A DNA stretch of 64,000 nt, taken from assembly GCA_050253075.1 (NCBI GenBank), contig JBFWJS010000001.1, forward strand, positions 480,001-544,000. The letters are read 5' to 3'. The translations under genes were made by a program, and so were the position numbers. The notes beneath the pieces are model-generated. The model was not told where the DNA came from, ran no database searches, and saw only the letters and a list, made by a program, of their open reading frames with translations. Positions 28,514 through 38,140 of the stretch are shown piece after piece (position 1 is the first letter of the stretch; each line of letters begins with the position of its first letter). This DNA comes from Deferribacterales bacterium (GTDB lineage Bacteria; Chrysiogenota; Deferribacteres; Deferribacterales; Geovibrionaceae).

Positions 28514-30634
28514 CTATTTTGTTTTGATATTTTCCATAAGCATTGCTGTCTGAGCATAGCTGTGGCTGCGCACGTCATAGCCCTTGTGCTCAAATTTCGA
28601 TGCCATGGCATATAGGGTTGAAGCGTAGGCGCCTGTTATCTGATCGATGTTGTACCCTGCGATACGGACATCCTTAGCACCTGTAATATTGATCTTGGTC
28701 AGCTTGCTCAGTATCGGTTCCACTGTCGCATAAAAGTCCTCGACAAGGTCAGGAAACATCGTGAGGAACTCTCTCAGGTATTCATTGGACTGTTGTAAAT
28801 CTCCTGCAAGAAGTGAATCCAGCACGAGGTTGGAGTATATCTTTGCTCCTTCTGCCTGATAGATCTTTTTCATCAGAGCTAAAGGAGCTTTTCTCTCATA
28901 ACAGACAAGCAGCTGGCGGCCTGCTTTGAATTCTTCATTTCTAGCATACTTCTTGAGCTCTGCTTTAACATGCATAGGAGTCATGGAAATAGGGCTGTCA
29001 TGAGAGTAAAGTATGTTTGTAAAGCTGATGACAGACAGCAATATGAGGAAAGAAGTAAGCACTCCGGTGTATGTGTAATTCAGCCTGCTCTTCTCAGTGA
29101 AGAAGAACTTATTAGAGTAGTAAATTATAAAAGCAGAAAGTGTGATTGCAAAGAAATCGACAGCTTTGATTTCGCTGAAAAGATATATCTGCAGAAGACA
29201 GAAGCACATTATCAGCTCCATCGGATTAGAAATGAAGAGGTCTAAACGTTTCTGCATAAATGTCTTCAGCACGACACATACGCCAAGTATTGAGATGCAT
29301 ACAATGTGCAGCTGGTTGAAACCGTTATAATAAGCTGTCATTAGCATGTAAAAGAAAAGCCAGAAAAAGCTGAATGACACAAACTGGTTCTTTATATTTG
29401 ATACACGCTTATACGCAAGAGTTATCAGGATAGATAGTACAAACAATACCGCAATGATCAGCTGATAATAATCTGTAAGTACATGGGTAAATATGAAGTT
29501 TATGATCATAACTGATGTGGTGATGGCAATAATTACGTCCAGCCCTTTTGTCTGTATGGTCTTTTCGTTGTTATATTTGCTTATTCTTAGAGCAGCCTGC
29601 CTCATGTTTTCGTTGATATCCCTGATCTTTGTGCCGACATCAAAGAGATGAAAGAGCTTTAATATCAGGAAGAATGAATACAAAACTAAAAATATTATAG
29701 TAGCTCCCCATATGAACTGCTGTCTGAGTGAGAGCAGTGAGACGGCGATAAGTACAAGTGAAAGACTGTAGAATATCATAAGTGTCTGAACCGAAGAAAA
29801 CTCAAGACTGAGCAGTCTGTGGTGCAGATGTTCTTTATCCGCAGCCATGAGATTCTGCCCTTTTAGTGCACGTCTCATAATAGCGAGAAAAGTGTCAAAC
29901 AGAGGGAGCGAAATGAACATTACGGGGATCAGCACGGAGAGGAGTGTCCCGCTCTTGTGTGATGTCGCAATGGACATGATGGCTATGTTGAACCCGAGGA
30001 AAAGACTCCCTGTATCCCCCATGAAAACCTTTGCCGGGGGGATGTTGTATCTGAGGAACCCGAGGGTTGCCCCCATCAGTCCCATACAGATGTAGGCATT
30101 TAGTTCAAATCCTTTTACGTAGGCTGCATACCCCATAGCACCGAAAGCCATGAAAGCGATACCGCCGGCGAGCCCGTCCATGCCGTCGATAAGGTTAAGA
30201 GCGTTTGTTACTAACACTACCCACGCATATGTAAAGAGGACATTAGCAAATGGATTGCTTAGAAAAGGTATATTGAGAGACATTATAGAAAATCTGAAAT
30301 CCGTAAAGACAATGATGATGGTGGTGGCGACGAGCTGCAGTATCAGCTTTTGATAAGCACGCAGGTCGTGGATGTCGTCGATCATGCCCGTGATGATTAT
30401 CAGCAGGTTTGCACATATCATCGCATACATCTTTGTGGAAAATGAGTCTATGAAGAAAATTATGACGCAGTAAGCTATAAAAATACCGAGCCCTCCCAGA
30501 AGGGGGGTGTTATCGATATGGATTTTCCTCTCATTCGGAACATCGACAATATGCGCTTTCGCCGCAAATGTCGTTATAAACGGCACAGTAGCCAGACTGA
30601 CGATAAAACCTGTCAGCATATATATCAATAACAT
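28514..30634 (-). CDS. MraY/WecA/TagO-family polyprenyl-phosphate HexNAc-1-P transferase with a long C-terminal extension
   Basis: DVPNERKIH..TPLLGG, GMIDD, NALNLIDGMDGLA, FMGDTGS, DKEHLHH; ~370 further residues (TM segments + helical tail). Confidence 0.85.
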   Translation of the reverse strand: MLLIYMLTGFIVSLATVPFITTFAAKAHIVDVPNERKIHIDNTPLLGGLGIFIAYCVIIFFIDSFSTKMYAMICANLLIIITGMIDDIHDLRAYQKLILQLVATTIIIVFTDFRFSIMSLNIPFLSNPFANVLFTYAWVVLVTNALNLIDGMDGLAGGIAFMAFGAMGYAAYVKGFELNAYICMGLMGATLGFLRYNIPPAKVFMGDTGSLFLGFNIAIMSIATSHKSGTLLSVLIPVMFISLPLFDTFLAIMRRALKGQNLMAADKEHLHHRLLSLEFSSVQTLMIFYSLSLVLIAVSLLSLRQQFIWGATIIFLVLYSFFLILKLFHLFDVGTKIRDINENMRQAALRISKYNNEKTIQTKGLDVIIAITTSVMIINFIFTHVLTDYYQLIIAVLFVLSILITLAYKRVSNIKNQFVSFSFFWLFFYMLMTAYYNGFNQLHIVCISILGVCVVLKTFMQKRLDLFISNPMELIMCFCLLQIYLFSEIKAVDFFAITLSAFIIYYSNKFFFTEKSRLNYTYTGVLTSFLILLSVISFTNILYSHDSPISMTPMHVKAELKKYARNEEFKAGRQLLVCYERKAPLALMKKIYQAEGAKIYSNLVLDSLLAGDLQQSNEYLREFLTMFPDLVEDFYATVEPILSKLTKINITGAKDVRIAGYNIDQITGAYASTLYAMASKFEHKGYDVRSHSYAQTAMLMENIKTK

Positions 30635-30762
30635 TAATTGCCTCGCCTGTTTATGTGTTTACGGGCTTTCGGCGGTATAACCGCTGCATATTAAATTTAT
30701 AAAAGTTTCTATTACAAACCATTATAAATCATAATATTTGAAAAGTTAAAGGTAATTTTACA

Positions 30763-32625
30763 CTAATGTGTATAAAAAATAGTTTGACAGATATCGCAAT
30801 GCCTTAAAAACAGGGCACATCTGTCGTCCTTTAGACTTGTTTGATCAGGTTTCGGCATTCCAAATGTTTCGTCATTAGTGAAAAAATCATTTTCCGAAAG
30901 ATCCATCGGTGTGCCGTCGCCGTGTTTGAGCTTGAGTTCATTATGAAGCCCCAGCAGGAAAGCGAGAGCGTTGTTGCGCATCTCGATGCTGTTGCCTTCG
31001 GCCATGAATGTCAGCTTAGGGGATGTATTTGACATGCCGTACATGATAAACCCTTCGGGGAAATCCACTCTTATCTGTCCGTCAAAGAGTGTGATGTCGA
31101 AGCCTTCTTTATCTTTGAAGGCCTTCTCTATCATTTCTACGGCATCTTTTGTGATCGCGTCTTTACTGTCGTTGTCCTTTGCTACTGTGCGTATCTCTTT
31201 AGTGGTGAATCTCTTCGGCATTGTGTCAAAGTATTCTTCGAGAGAGCCTATGCCGAGCTCGTCTATTATCTGCTCGAGGATGAAGATGTTCTCTACGGCG
31301 TCGTCTCTGGGGATGCCGTCCTCTGTGTCAGTGGCGAACATGTGCAGGCTCGCTTCAATCTGAAGGTCTCTGTAGCCTGTCTCAGCGACAAATTTCTTTA
31401 TATCCGTGTATCCTGCGAGGGATGCCACGGTCTTCATGTTTTCTGTTATGGTCTCTTTCCAGAGGGAATGCCCCTTCGGATGGAAAATTGTCGATCCTCC
31501 CATAGACTCCACATACTGCTTCACTGCGCCTGTATATCTTGCGTCTATGTAGAATCTGCTGCATACGCTTTTTACCGCTCTGAGGGTTCTTTCGCTGTAT
31601 ATCTTCTCTTTCAGCTTTTCTATCAATGCAGGGATGGCAACTTTCATCTTATAATCTGCGAGGATAAATGCGAGAGCATCGCCGAGGTAATGCCCTGTGG
31701 CGGTGGATTCGAGAGCCTTTGCCCCCTCGGTCAGCGATCCTCTGTCGGCGTCGAGGTCGAATGAGTGCACACGCTTGCCCGCTTTCAGCGCTTCGGAGAG
31801 TCCCGGTACTTTCGCTAGCATCTCTTTGCGTGTGGGGTCTGCGAGTACGGCACCGCTGTTTACGTCTATGTCGGTGCCTATGATGGTGCACTTGTCGCCG
31901 AGTATATCTTTAAAGAGCGACTCATACTGAAGCCCTGTGCCTCCGAAGAGGTTTACGGCTACTTTAGAGTTGTCCCTGTTTTTGAAATAGTCTGCATATA
32001 TCTTTTTCATCTTAGAGAAATAGGCTTTGCGCCCCTCTTCCCTTTTATTGACTATGAATCCCTTCTGATCTTTCGGGCAGTCACGCACTAGGTAGCCCTC
32101 TTTGAGGAAAGTGTTCATCTGCTCCAGAAGATATGTGTGTATCCCCTGTGTGCCCAGTCCGAATTTCGCTCCGTTTGTGGTCACTTCCACATGTGATCGG
32201 GTTATCTGTATATGTCCCTTTGTGTTCAGCTGATACTGGTTTTGATATACCTGTCCCGACGAAGCCACGCCGATGTTATACACGGCTACGCCCATGTCTG
32301 TGAGACCTTTCCCCATTGCTTCTGCCAGTGCTTCGGATGTCGGGCCGTTGTCGTATCCGATGACAATGCTGTACCCCGGCTGCATGGTGAGCCTCCTGCC
32401 AGTGCGGAGGATGAACTCCTGACATCCCAATATCTTTCCGATGACCTCTGCAGCTTCGGGTGTGAATACCGCATCATCGGAGAAAAAGTTACCCGGCTCG
32501 CCGACATATGCTCTTATGTCGTATGACGTAGGCTTGAGAAGCTTGTCAGCGTTTTTTATAACTTTTTCGGAAGCCTCGATTTTCTTCTTAGGCTCCTGTA
32601 TTTGATCTGTCGTTTGTTCAGACAT
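30763..32625 (-). CDS. Divergent alpha-D-phosphohexomutase superfamily protein (PMM/PGM-like)
   Basis: YDIRA, GYDN, ITRSH (phospho-Ser loop), DLDADR (metal loop), PKGHS, SNTSPKL. Confidence 0.75.
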   Translation of the reverse strand: MSEQTTDQIQEPKKKIEASEKVIKNADKLLKPTSYDIRAYVGEPGNFFSDDAVFTPEAAEVIGKILGCQEFILRTGRRLTMQPGYSIVIGYDNGPTSEALAEAMGKGLTDMGVAVYNIGVASSGQVYQNQYQLNTKGHIQITRSHVEVTTNGAKFGLGTQGIHTYLLEQMNTFLKEGYLVRDCPKDQKGFIVNKREEGRKAYFSKMKKIYADYFKNRDNSKVAVNLFGGTGLQYESLFKDILGDKCTIIGTDIDVNSGAVLADPTRKEMLAKVPGLSEALKAGKRVHSFDLDADRGSLTEGAKALESTATGHYLGDALAFILADYKMKVAIPALIEKLKEKIYSERTLRAVKSVCSRFYIDARYTGAVKQYVESMGGSTIFHPKGHSLWKETITENMKTVASLAGYTDIKKFVAETGYRDLQIEASLHMFATDTEDGIPRDDAVENIFILEQIIDELGIGSLEEYFDTMPKRFTTKEIRTVAKDNDSKDAITKDAVEMIEKAFKDKEGFDITLFDGQIRVDFPEGFIMYGMSNTSPKLTFMAEGNSIEMRNNALAFLLGLHNELKLKHGDGTPMDLSENDFFTNDETFGMPKPDQTSLKDDRCALFLRHCDICQTIFYTH

Positions 32626-32723
32626 GATATACCTCTTGCGAATTTAACGTTTGCTTTCTAAAATTAAATCATAACAAGGCTTAAGGTCAAGCGTATTGAC
32701 AAAAATTACATAAGAATAGGTAA

Positions 32724-34685
32724 ATGATCAGAATCCTAACGATAATTGTCTTCGCTCTCTTCATAATTGTTTCCGCAGGTGTGATAGTTATCACGGTGAA
32801 GGGCGCAACAGACGAAACAAGAGTCCAGCAGAATATAGAAGATACAAAGGCGTCGACCCTTCTCACAGGGCGTTTCGTTGAGCATATCATCAACGAACGT
32901 TTCGGCAAGCTGTACGGTGCGGCATACTCGGGAAGCGAGGAGGAAGTGCTGAAAAGCATAGTCGAATATACCGACTTTGTGGCTAATCTTTATGGACACA
33001 GGGGCGAGTTTTCTGTTGGATATATGGACTCCGGCTTTACGGTTATTAACAGTATCAACTCAGGCGAACAGCTCTGCCCGCAGGATTCGATAATAAATGA
33101 AGAGATAGCCGAGAGGCTGGTGAATGAAAAGCCGTATGTCGGCCCTGTCTCTGCCGAATGTGCGAAAGCAGCGGAAAATGATCGAGACTATGTAATATTT
33201 GCAGTGCCGATAATAAAAGACAATATATTCAAAGGGGCGGTGTATGAGATATCCACCCTCCTTGATTCAATAAACAGCTATAAGCTCCTTAATTACTTTT
33301 CTGAAAAGGTCTCCGCAAGGCTCATCATGGACGACCCCCTGCGATATAAAAGAGGGACGGAGGAGTATGAACTGCTCAGCATGAAGAACCGCACAAACCC
33401 GGGCGAGATCATCCGCAAAGATGATAAGCTCATAGGCTTTTACAGCTTTTATGTCAGCGATATAAAGCTGTGCATAGTCTATATTCGGGACGAGCCCGCA
33501 AACAGCATCGGCTTTGACTGCTGCCCCGGCCTGGTGGAGAATAAGGTCGTATTTTACTCCATACCGTTCATACTGCTGGTGCTGGTCTTGATACTGGAGA
33601 TGATACACGTGAATAAACGCCTCGCCAGAGAGGTCAGTCAGCGGACACAGCACCTCGAAGAGATGCAGGACAGATATCAGAGCCTTTTCGAGACTATCCC
33701 CGAGTATATCGTGATATACCGCAAAGACGGCGAGATCATCGAGTGCAACAGCCGCTTCACGTCTATGCTGAACGGCGGGAACCCAATAGGGGCAAATATA
33801 TTCTATATGATAAGAGAGAAGGAGCGATTCCGCCGTATGCTCTCAGAAGTGGAGGAGAGCGGTGTCTCAACCCCTGCGGAATTTCTGCTGGAGGGTGTAA
33901 GAGACCTGATATCCGTATCCATCCACTCTTGTAAGGTCGAGCTGGACGACGGCAAGGCATTCCTGTCTGTTATGACGGATATGTCCGACTATAAGCGTAT
34001 GCAGAACACCTACTACATGGCGCAGAAACGTGAGGTCGTGGGCACGATCGCCGCAGGCATGGTGCATGACTTCAGCAACATACTTCAGAACATATCTCTG
34101 CAGTATTCCCTGCTGGAACGCTCCACAGAGGAAACCAGAGAAGACTATATGAAAAAAATAGAGTCGGTGCTCAGCGGGGCGAATCAATACCTCGCCAGTG
34201 TGCTGAGCTATACAAAGGATAAAAAGAACGACCCCGTGGTGAACAAGGGCTCCGTGTATGTGAAACGGGCTCTGGAGATGGTGGAGCGTGTGCTCCCCGC
34301 CGATGTCCGTGTTGAATTCTACGACAATGCCAGCGGTATAAATATATCCGCTGATCAGGGGCGCATAACCCAGCTCCTGATAAACCTCTGTCAGAATGCA
34401 TCGGATGCTATGGACGGCAAGGGGGTTATAACTGTTAAAGTATATGTGGTAGAGAAACCCTTCGGGCATTTTTTCTGCATCAGTGTGAAAGACACGGGAT
34501 GCGGTATTCCCGAGGAAGAGAGAGAAAAGATATATAAGCCTTTTTACACCACCAAAAAGGATAAGGGGACGGGGCTGGGACTCGCAAATGTCAGACAGAT
34601 CGTCATGGAGATGGGCGGTATGATAGATGTGGAGAGCTCTCCCGAGGGTACTGAGTTTACATTAATGTTTTCGGAGTCAAAATGA
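32724..34685 (+). CDS. Membrane sensor histidine kinase (extracytoplasmic domain, PAS, HisKA, HATPase)
   Basis: Two TM segments, GMVHDFSNIL H-box, NLCQNASDAM, DTGCGI, PFYTTK..GTGLGL. Confidence 0.92.
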   Translation: MIRILTIIVFALFIIVSAGVIVITVKGATDETRVQQNIEDTKASTLLTGRFVEHIINERFGKLYGAAYSGSEEEVLKSIVEYTDFVANLYGHRGEFSVGYMDSGFTVINSINSGEQLCPQDSIINEEIAERLVNEKPYVGPVSAECAKAAENDRDYVIFAVPIIKDNIFKGAVYEISTLLDSINSYKLLNYFSEKVSARLIMDDPLRYKRGTEEYELLSMKNRTNPGEIIRKDDKLIGFYSFYVSDIKLCIVYIRDEPANSIGFDCCPGLVENKVVFYSIPFILLVLVLILEMIHVNKRLAREVSQRTQHLEEMQDRYQSLFETIPEYIVIYRKDGEIIECNSRFTSMLNGGNPIGANIFYMIREKERFRRMLSEVEESGVSTPAEFLLEGVRDLISVSIHSCKVELDDGKAFLSVMTDMSDYKRMQNTYYMAQKREVVGTIAAGMVHDFSNILQNISLQYSLLERSTEETREDYMKKIESVLSGANQYLASVLSYTKDKKNDPVVNKGSVYVKRALEMVERVLPADVRVEFYDNASGINISADQGRITQLLINLCQNASDAMDGKGVITVKVYVVEKPFGHFFCISVKDTGCGIPEEEREKIYKPFYTTKKDKGTGLGLANVRQIVMEMGGMIDVESSPEGTEFTLMFSESK

Positions 34686-37558
34686 ACAGCAGGGAAGATA
34701 CGGTCTTAATCAAAGCAAAAGAACAGGGGCTGGAAAATGCTCAGGCGGAAGCACTGGCTATGGTCGCCAGACATTCCGAATTTATCGGTGCGTGGCTTGC
34801 GAACAACGAGTCTGCCATGCCGTCTGCAGCGGCGAAGTTCTGCTCGGAGAGAACAAGGGATGTCATACTGGACGATATATTGTCTGAGGATATATACGCC
34901 ATGTCTCCCGATGATTTCACCCAATACATGCGCCGTTTCAAAATGGCGGAATACACACACATCGCCGCATCAGACCTGTATTATAAAAAGAGCGTTGAGG
35001 ACGTCACCGCTCATATATCCGCCTTTGCATCTGCATCGGTACAGGCAGCCTATCTCTACAGCGAATCAGAGCTGCAGAAGGAATACGGAGACCCCATAGA
35101 CGAAGACGGCAAAAGGGTCGGCTTCTGCGTTATCGGTCTGGGCAAGCTGGGCGGATGGGAGCTCAACTTCAGCTCCGACATAGACGTCATATACGTATAC
35201 GGCACGGACAAAGGGCAGACATCGGGTGATAAACCGATAGAACTCCACGTTTACTTTGTGAAACTGTCCGAAAAGATAACGAAATACATAGGTGAGCGAA
35301 CCCACGACGGAATAGTCTTTCGTGTGGACCTGCGCCTGAGACCCGACGGAGACAGGGGCGCACTCTGCCTCCCCGTGAACAGCTACGAGCTGTACTATGA
35401 ATCCCACGGACAGAGCTGGGAGCGCATGATGCTCTTAAAAGCACGCACCATAGCAGGGGACGAATCCGTCGGAAACGACTTCATCGCAAGGGTGAAACCG
35501 TTCGTTTTCCGCCGAAGCCTCGACTATAAGCTCCTCTCTGAGCTGCAGGATGTTAAGAGAAAGATAAACAAGAGAGTAGAGCTGAAAGGGAAGAATATAA
35601 AGCATGTGAAGCTCGGCTATGGCGGCATTCGGGAGATAGAATTCATAGTGCAGACATTCCAGATACTGCACTTTCCTAAACACCCGGAGACATTCGACAG
35701 AAACACTCTGAAAGGGATAGATATGCTGAGGGAATGCGGGATAATGGATAAGGAGACGGCTGTGCTGCTGTCGAAGAGATACAGATTCCTGCGGAAGCTC
35801 GAGCATATGGTACAGATAGAGAACGAACGCCAGACGCATATAGTCCCCGAGGGCTCGGCTACATTTGACCTTTACCTCGAGAGGTGCGGATTTGAGAGCG
35901 ATACGGATTTCCAGTTTGCATATGCCGAAGCAACAAGGCAGGTGAACACGGAATTTGCGAAACTCTTCAGCGATGATAATACGAAGGAAGACAGCATAAT
36001 GGCTATCTTCGACCCTGAGCTGACAGACGAGGACGCCGCACAGATTCTCCGCCAGATAGGGATAAAAGATCCCATCGACAGTGTGAAATCCGTCCGCAGA
36101 ATAGTAGACGGCAACAAAGGCAGACCGAGGCTGAAAGGGGACAGGAGCATCCTGAAAGTGCTGATGCCCGTCATCCTGCGTGAGCTGAAAGACAGGGACG
36201 ATGCTTACCAGATACTGATAAATTTCGAACGTCTTCTTGTGAAGGCATCGACGATATACATGCTCCACGACATTTTTATATCCGCTCCGAAGATACTGAG
36301 CAGGCTCATCAATGTTTTCTCTTACAGTTCGTATCTGACGAACATGATACTCTCGCACATCGACCTGCTGGACTACGTGTACGACCCGAAGGATATGGAC
36401 TATAAAGCATCCGAGGTCTCCGCTGACCTCTGGGAGAGGACGGAGAAATACAGGGGCGACACGGAGCTCGAGCTCGAGGCCTCCCGCATACGCCACAGGT
36501 CATACATATTCAACATCGGCTATGCCTATCTGAATAAGAATATAAACGTCATCGACATGATGCGCAGCCTGACAGAGCTAGCCAGAGGTACGGTGGACTA
36601 TGCTTTCCGCACAGTTTACGAAGAACTGGTGGAGCGGTACGGCACGCCTAGGAACGAAGACGGCACGATCTGCCGATATCTGCTGATAGGCATGGGAAAG
36701 GTCGGCAGTATAGAGATGAGCTACGGCTCGGATATAGACATGGTTTTCATCTTCGAGCAGAAGGGCGTCACCGACGGAGAGAAATCCATTACAAACATGG
36801 AGTTCTTCTCAAAGCTGGTGCAGAGGGGGAATTCATTCCTGAACACATTTACCAGAAACGGATTTTTATACAAGACAGACATGCGTCTCCGCCCGAGCGG
36901 TTCCAGCGGGACACTGGTCGTCACCCTGAAAGGATTCGAGGAATATCAGCAGAAATCTGCAATGATATGGGAAAAGCAGGCTCTGCTCCGCTCCAGCGTG
37001 ATAAATGTGGACTCGCCTCTGAAAGATGCCTTTGACCTGCTGAAACAGAACGCACTCTTCACCTGTAAGCTCGATGATGCGGGCGTGCAGGAGGTCTATG
37101 ACATGCGTATGCGCATTGAGAACGAGAAGGGGCTCCCCTATGAAAAGAACAATATAAAAGCGGGCTACGGCGGTCTGCTGGACATAGAATTCATAGCACA
37201 GATGCTCCAGCTTAAGTATGGATGCAGACATGCATCATTCAGATATCCGAACACCCACGACGCTCTCCATGCTTTCAAGCGTGAGGGGCTGATAAAAGAC
37301 AGGGATTTCAACTCTCTGCATAAAGGCTATCTCTTTTTCCGCCATCTGGAGAATCTGGTGCGGATATACGAAAACTCAGACACATCTATCCTCCCGAACA
37401 GCGAGGAACTGCGTGGAAAGATAGCGAACTTTTACGGGTTCAAGACTGACGGCGCAAAGGCTCTGATGGATGAATATCAGAACATCAGGCGTGGCGTGCG
37501 TGCTGCTTTTAACCGCATATTCGAAAGGATGAGCAATGAAGATCATGCTGGTGCTTGA
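34682..37558 (+). CDS. glnE: Bifunctional glutamine synthetase adenylyltransferase/deadenylase
   Basis: Two nucleotidyltransferase domains (GKLGGWELNFSSDID; GKVGSIEMSYGSDID), DLRLRPDG/DMRLRPSG, GGIREIEF/GGLLDIEF. Confidence 0.95.
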   Translation: MNSREDTVLIKAKEQGLENAQAEALAMVARHSEFIGAWLANNESAMPSAAAKFCSERTRDVILDDILSEDIYAMSPDDFTQYMRRFKMAEYTHIAASDLYYKKSVEDVTAHISAFASASVQAAYLYSESELQKEYGDPIDEDGKRVGFCVIGLGKLGGWELNFSSDIDVIYVYGTDKGQTSGDKPIELHVYFVKLSEKITKYIGERTHDGIVFRVDLRLRPDGDRGALCLPVNSYELYYESHGQSWERMMLLKARTIAGDESVGNDFIARVKPFVFRRSLDYKLLSELQDVKRKINKRVELKGKNIKHVKLGYGGIREIEFIVQTFQILHFPKHPETFDRNTLKGIDMLRECGIMDKETAVLLSKRYRFLRKLEHMVQIENERQTHIVPEGSATFDLYLERCGFESDTDFQFAYAEATRQVNTEFAKLFSDDNTKEDSIMAIFDPELTDEDAAQILRQIGIKDPIDSVKSVRRIVDGNKGRPRLKGDRSILKVLMPVILRELKDRDDAYQILINFERLLVKASTIYMLHDIFISAPKILSRLINVFSYSSYLTNMILSHIDLLDYVYDPKDMDYKASEVSADLWERTEKYRGDTELELEASRIRHRSYIFNIGYAYLNKNINVIDMMRSLTELARGTVDYAFRTVYEELVERYGTPRNEDGTICRYLLIGMGKVGSIEMSYGSDIDMVFIFEQKGVTDGEKSITNMEFFSKLVQRGNSFLNTFTRNGFLYKTDMRLRPSGSSGTLVVTLKGFEEYQQKSAMIWEKQALLRSSVINVDSPLKDAFDLLKQNALFTCKLDDAGVQEVYDMRMRIENEKGLPYEKNNIKAGYGGLLDIEFIAQMLQLKYGCRHASFRYPNTHDALHAFKREGLIKDRDFNSLHKGYLFFRHLENLVRIYENSDTSILPNSEELRGKIANFYGFKTDGAKALMDEYQNIRRGVRAAFNRIFERMSNEDHAGA

Positions 37559-38078
37559 TCACCGGACGTTTGGTGACAGGTGCTTAGATATAGCACAGAA
37601 GTGTGCGCCATATGCGGATATCATCTGGTTCCGCATAAAGGATAAGGCTATTGTAAGGCGTGAGGCGGAGAAGCTGAGAAGGGCTCTCCCCGACAGTTTT
37701 TTATCTCTCTCCCTCGATGCGGATACAGCGTATGAGCTTGGTTATCAGGCCGTACAGCTGGGCGCAGATAGCGACATCTCAGGCATCAGGGCAAAATATC
37801 CTGACCTTAAGATAGGCTATTCCGCACACGGCACGGACGAGATAATCAGTAAAGATGCCGACTATTACACCCTCAGCCCCGTGTTCCACACGGTAAAGGA
37901 CTATGAGGTGAAACCCCTCGGTGCATTAGATGTTTCCCATCTGGGTAAAGAGATATTCGCTCTCGGCGGTATCGGCACGGATAACATAGGCGAGATAAAA
38001 AATAAAGGATATGCAGGGGTCGCCGGCATATCCTTTTATGAAAAGATCAAAGAGCTGAATTCAATGATTCATTCTTAA
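37536..38078 (+). CDS. Thiamine phosphate synthase / TenI-like protein
   Basis: IGYSAH, ADYYTLSPVF, IFALGGI, GVAGI; short 180 aa. Confidence 0.75.
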   Translation: MKIMLVLDHRTFGDRCLDIAQKCAPYADIIWFRIKDKAIVRREAEKLRRALPDSFLSLSLDADTAYELGYQAVQLGADSDISGIRAKYPDLKIGYSAHGTDEIISKDADYYTLSPVFHTVKDYEVKPLGALDVSHLGKEIFALGGIGTDNIGEIKNKGYAGVAGISFYEKIKELNSMIHS

Positions 38079-38081
38079 TGC

Positions 38082-38121
38082 GTCATTGCGAGGAGGGCAC
38101 TTTAGCCCGACGCGGCAATCT
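38082..38121. repeat. Single REP-like unit
   Basis: GTCATTGCGAGGAGGGCACTTTAGCCCGACGCGGCAATCT between convergent genes. Confidence 0.8.
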
Positions 38122-38140
38122 TCCACGTTTGTAATTTGTA

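Noticed and set aside
35435..36496. 353-aa antisense ORF
   Set aside because: Shadow of glnE
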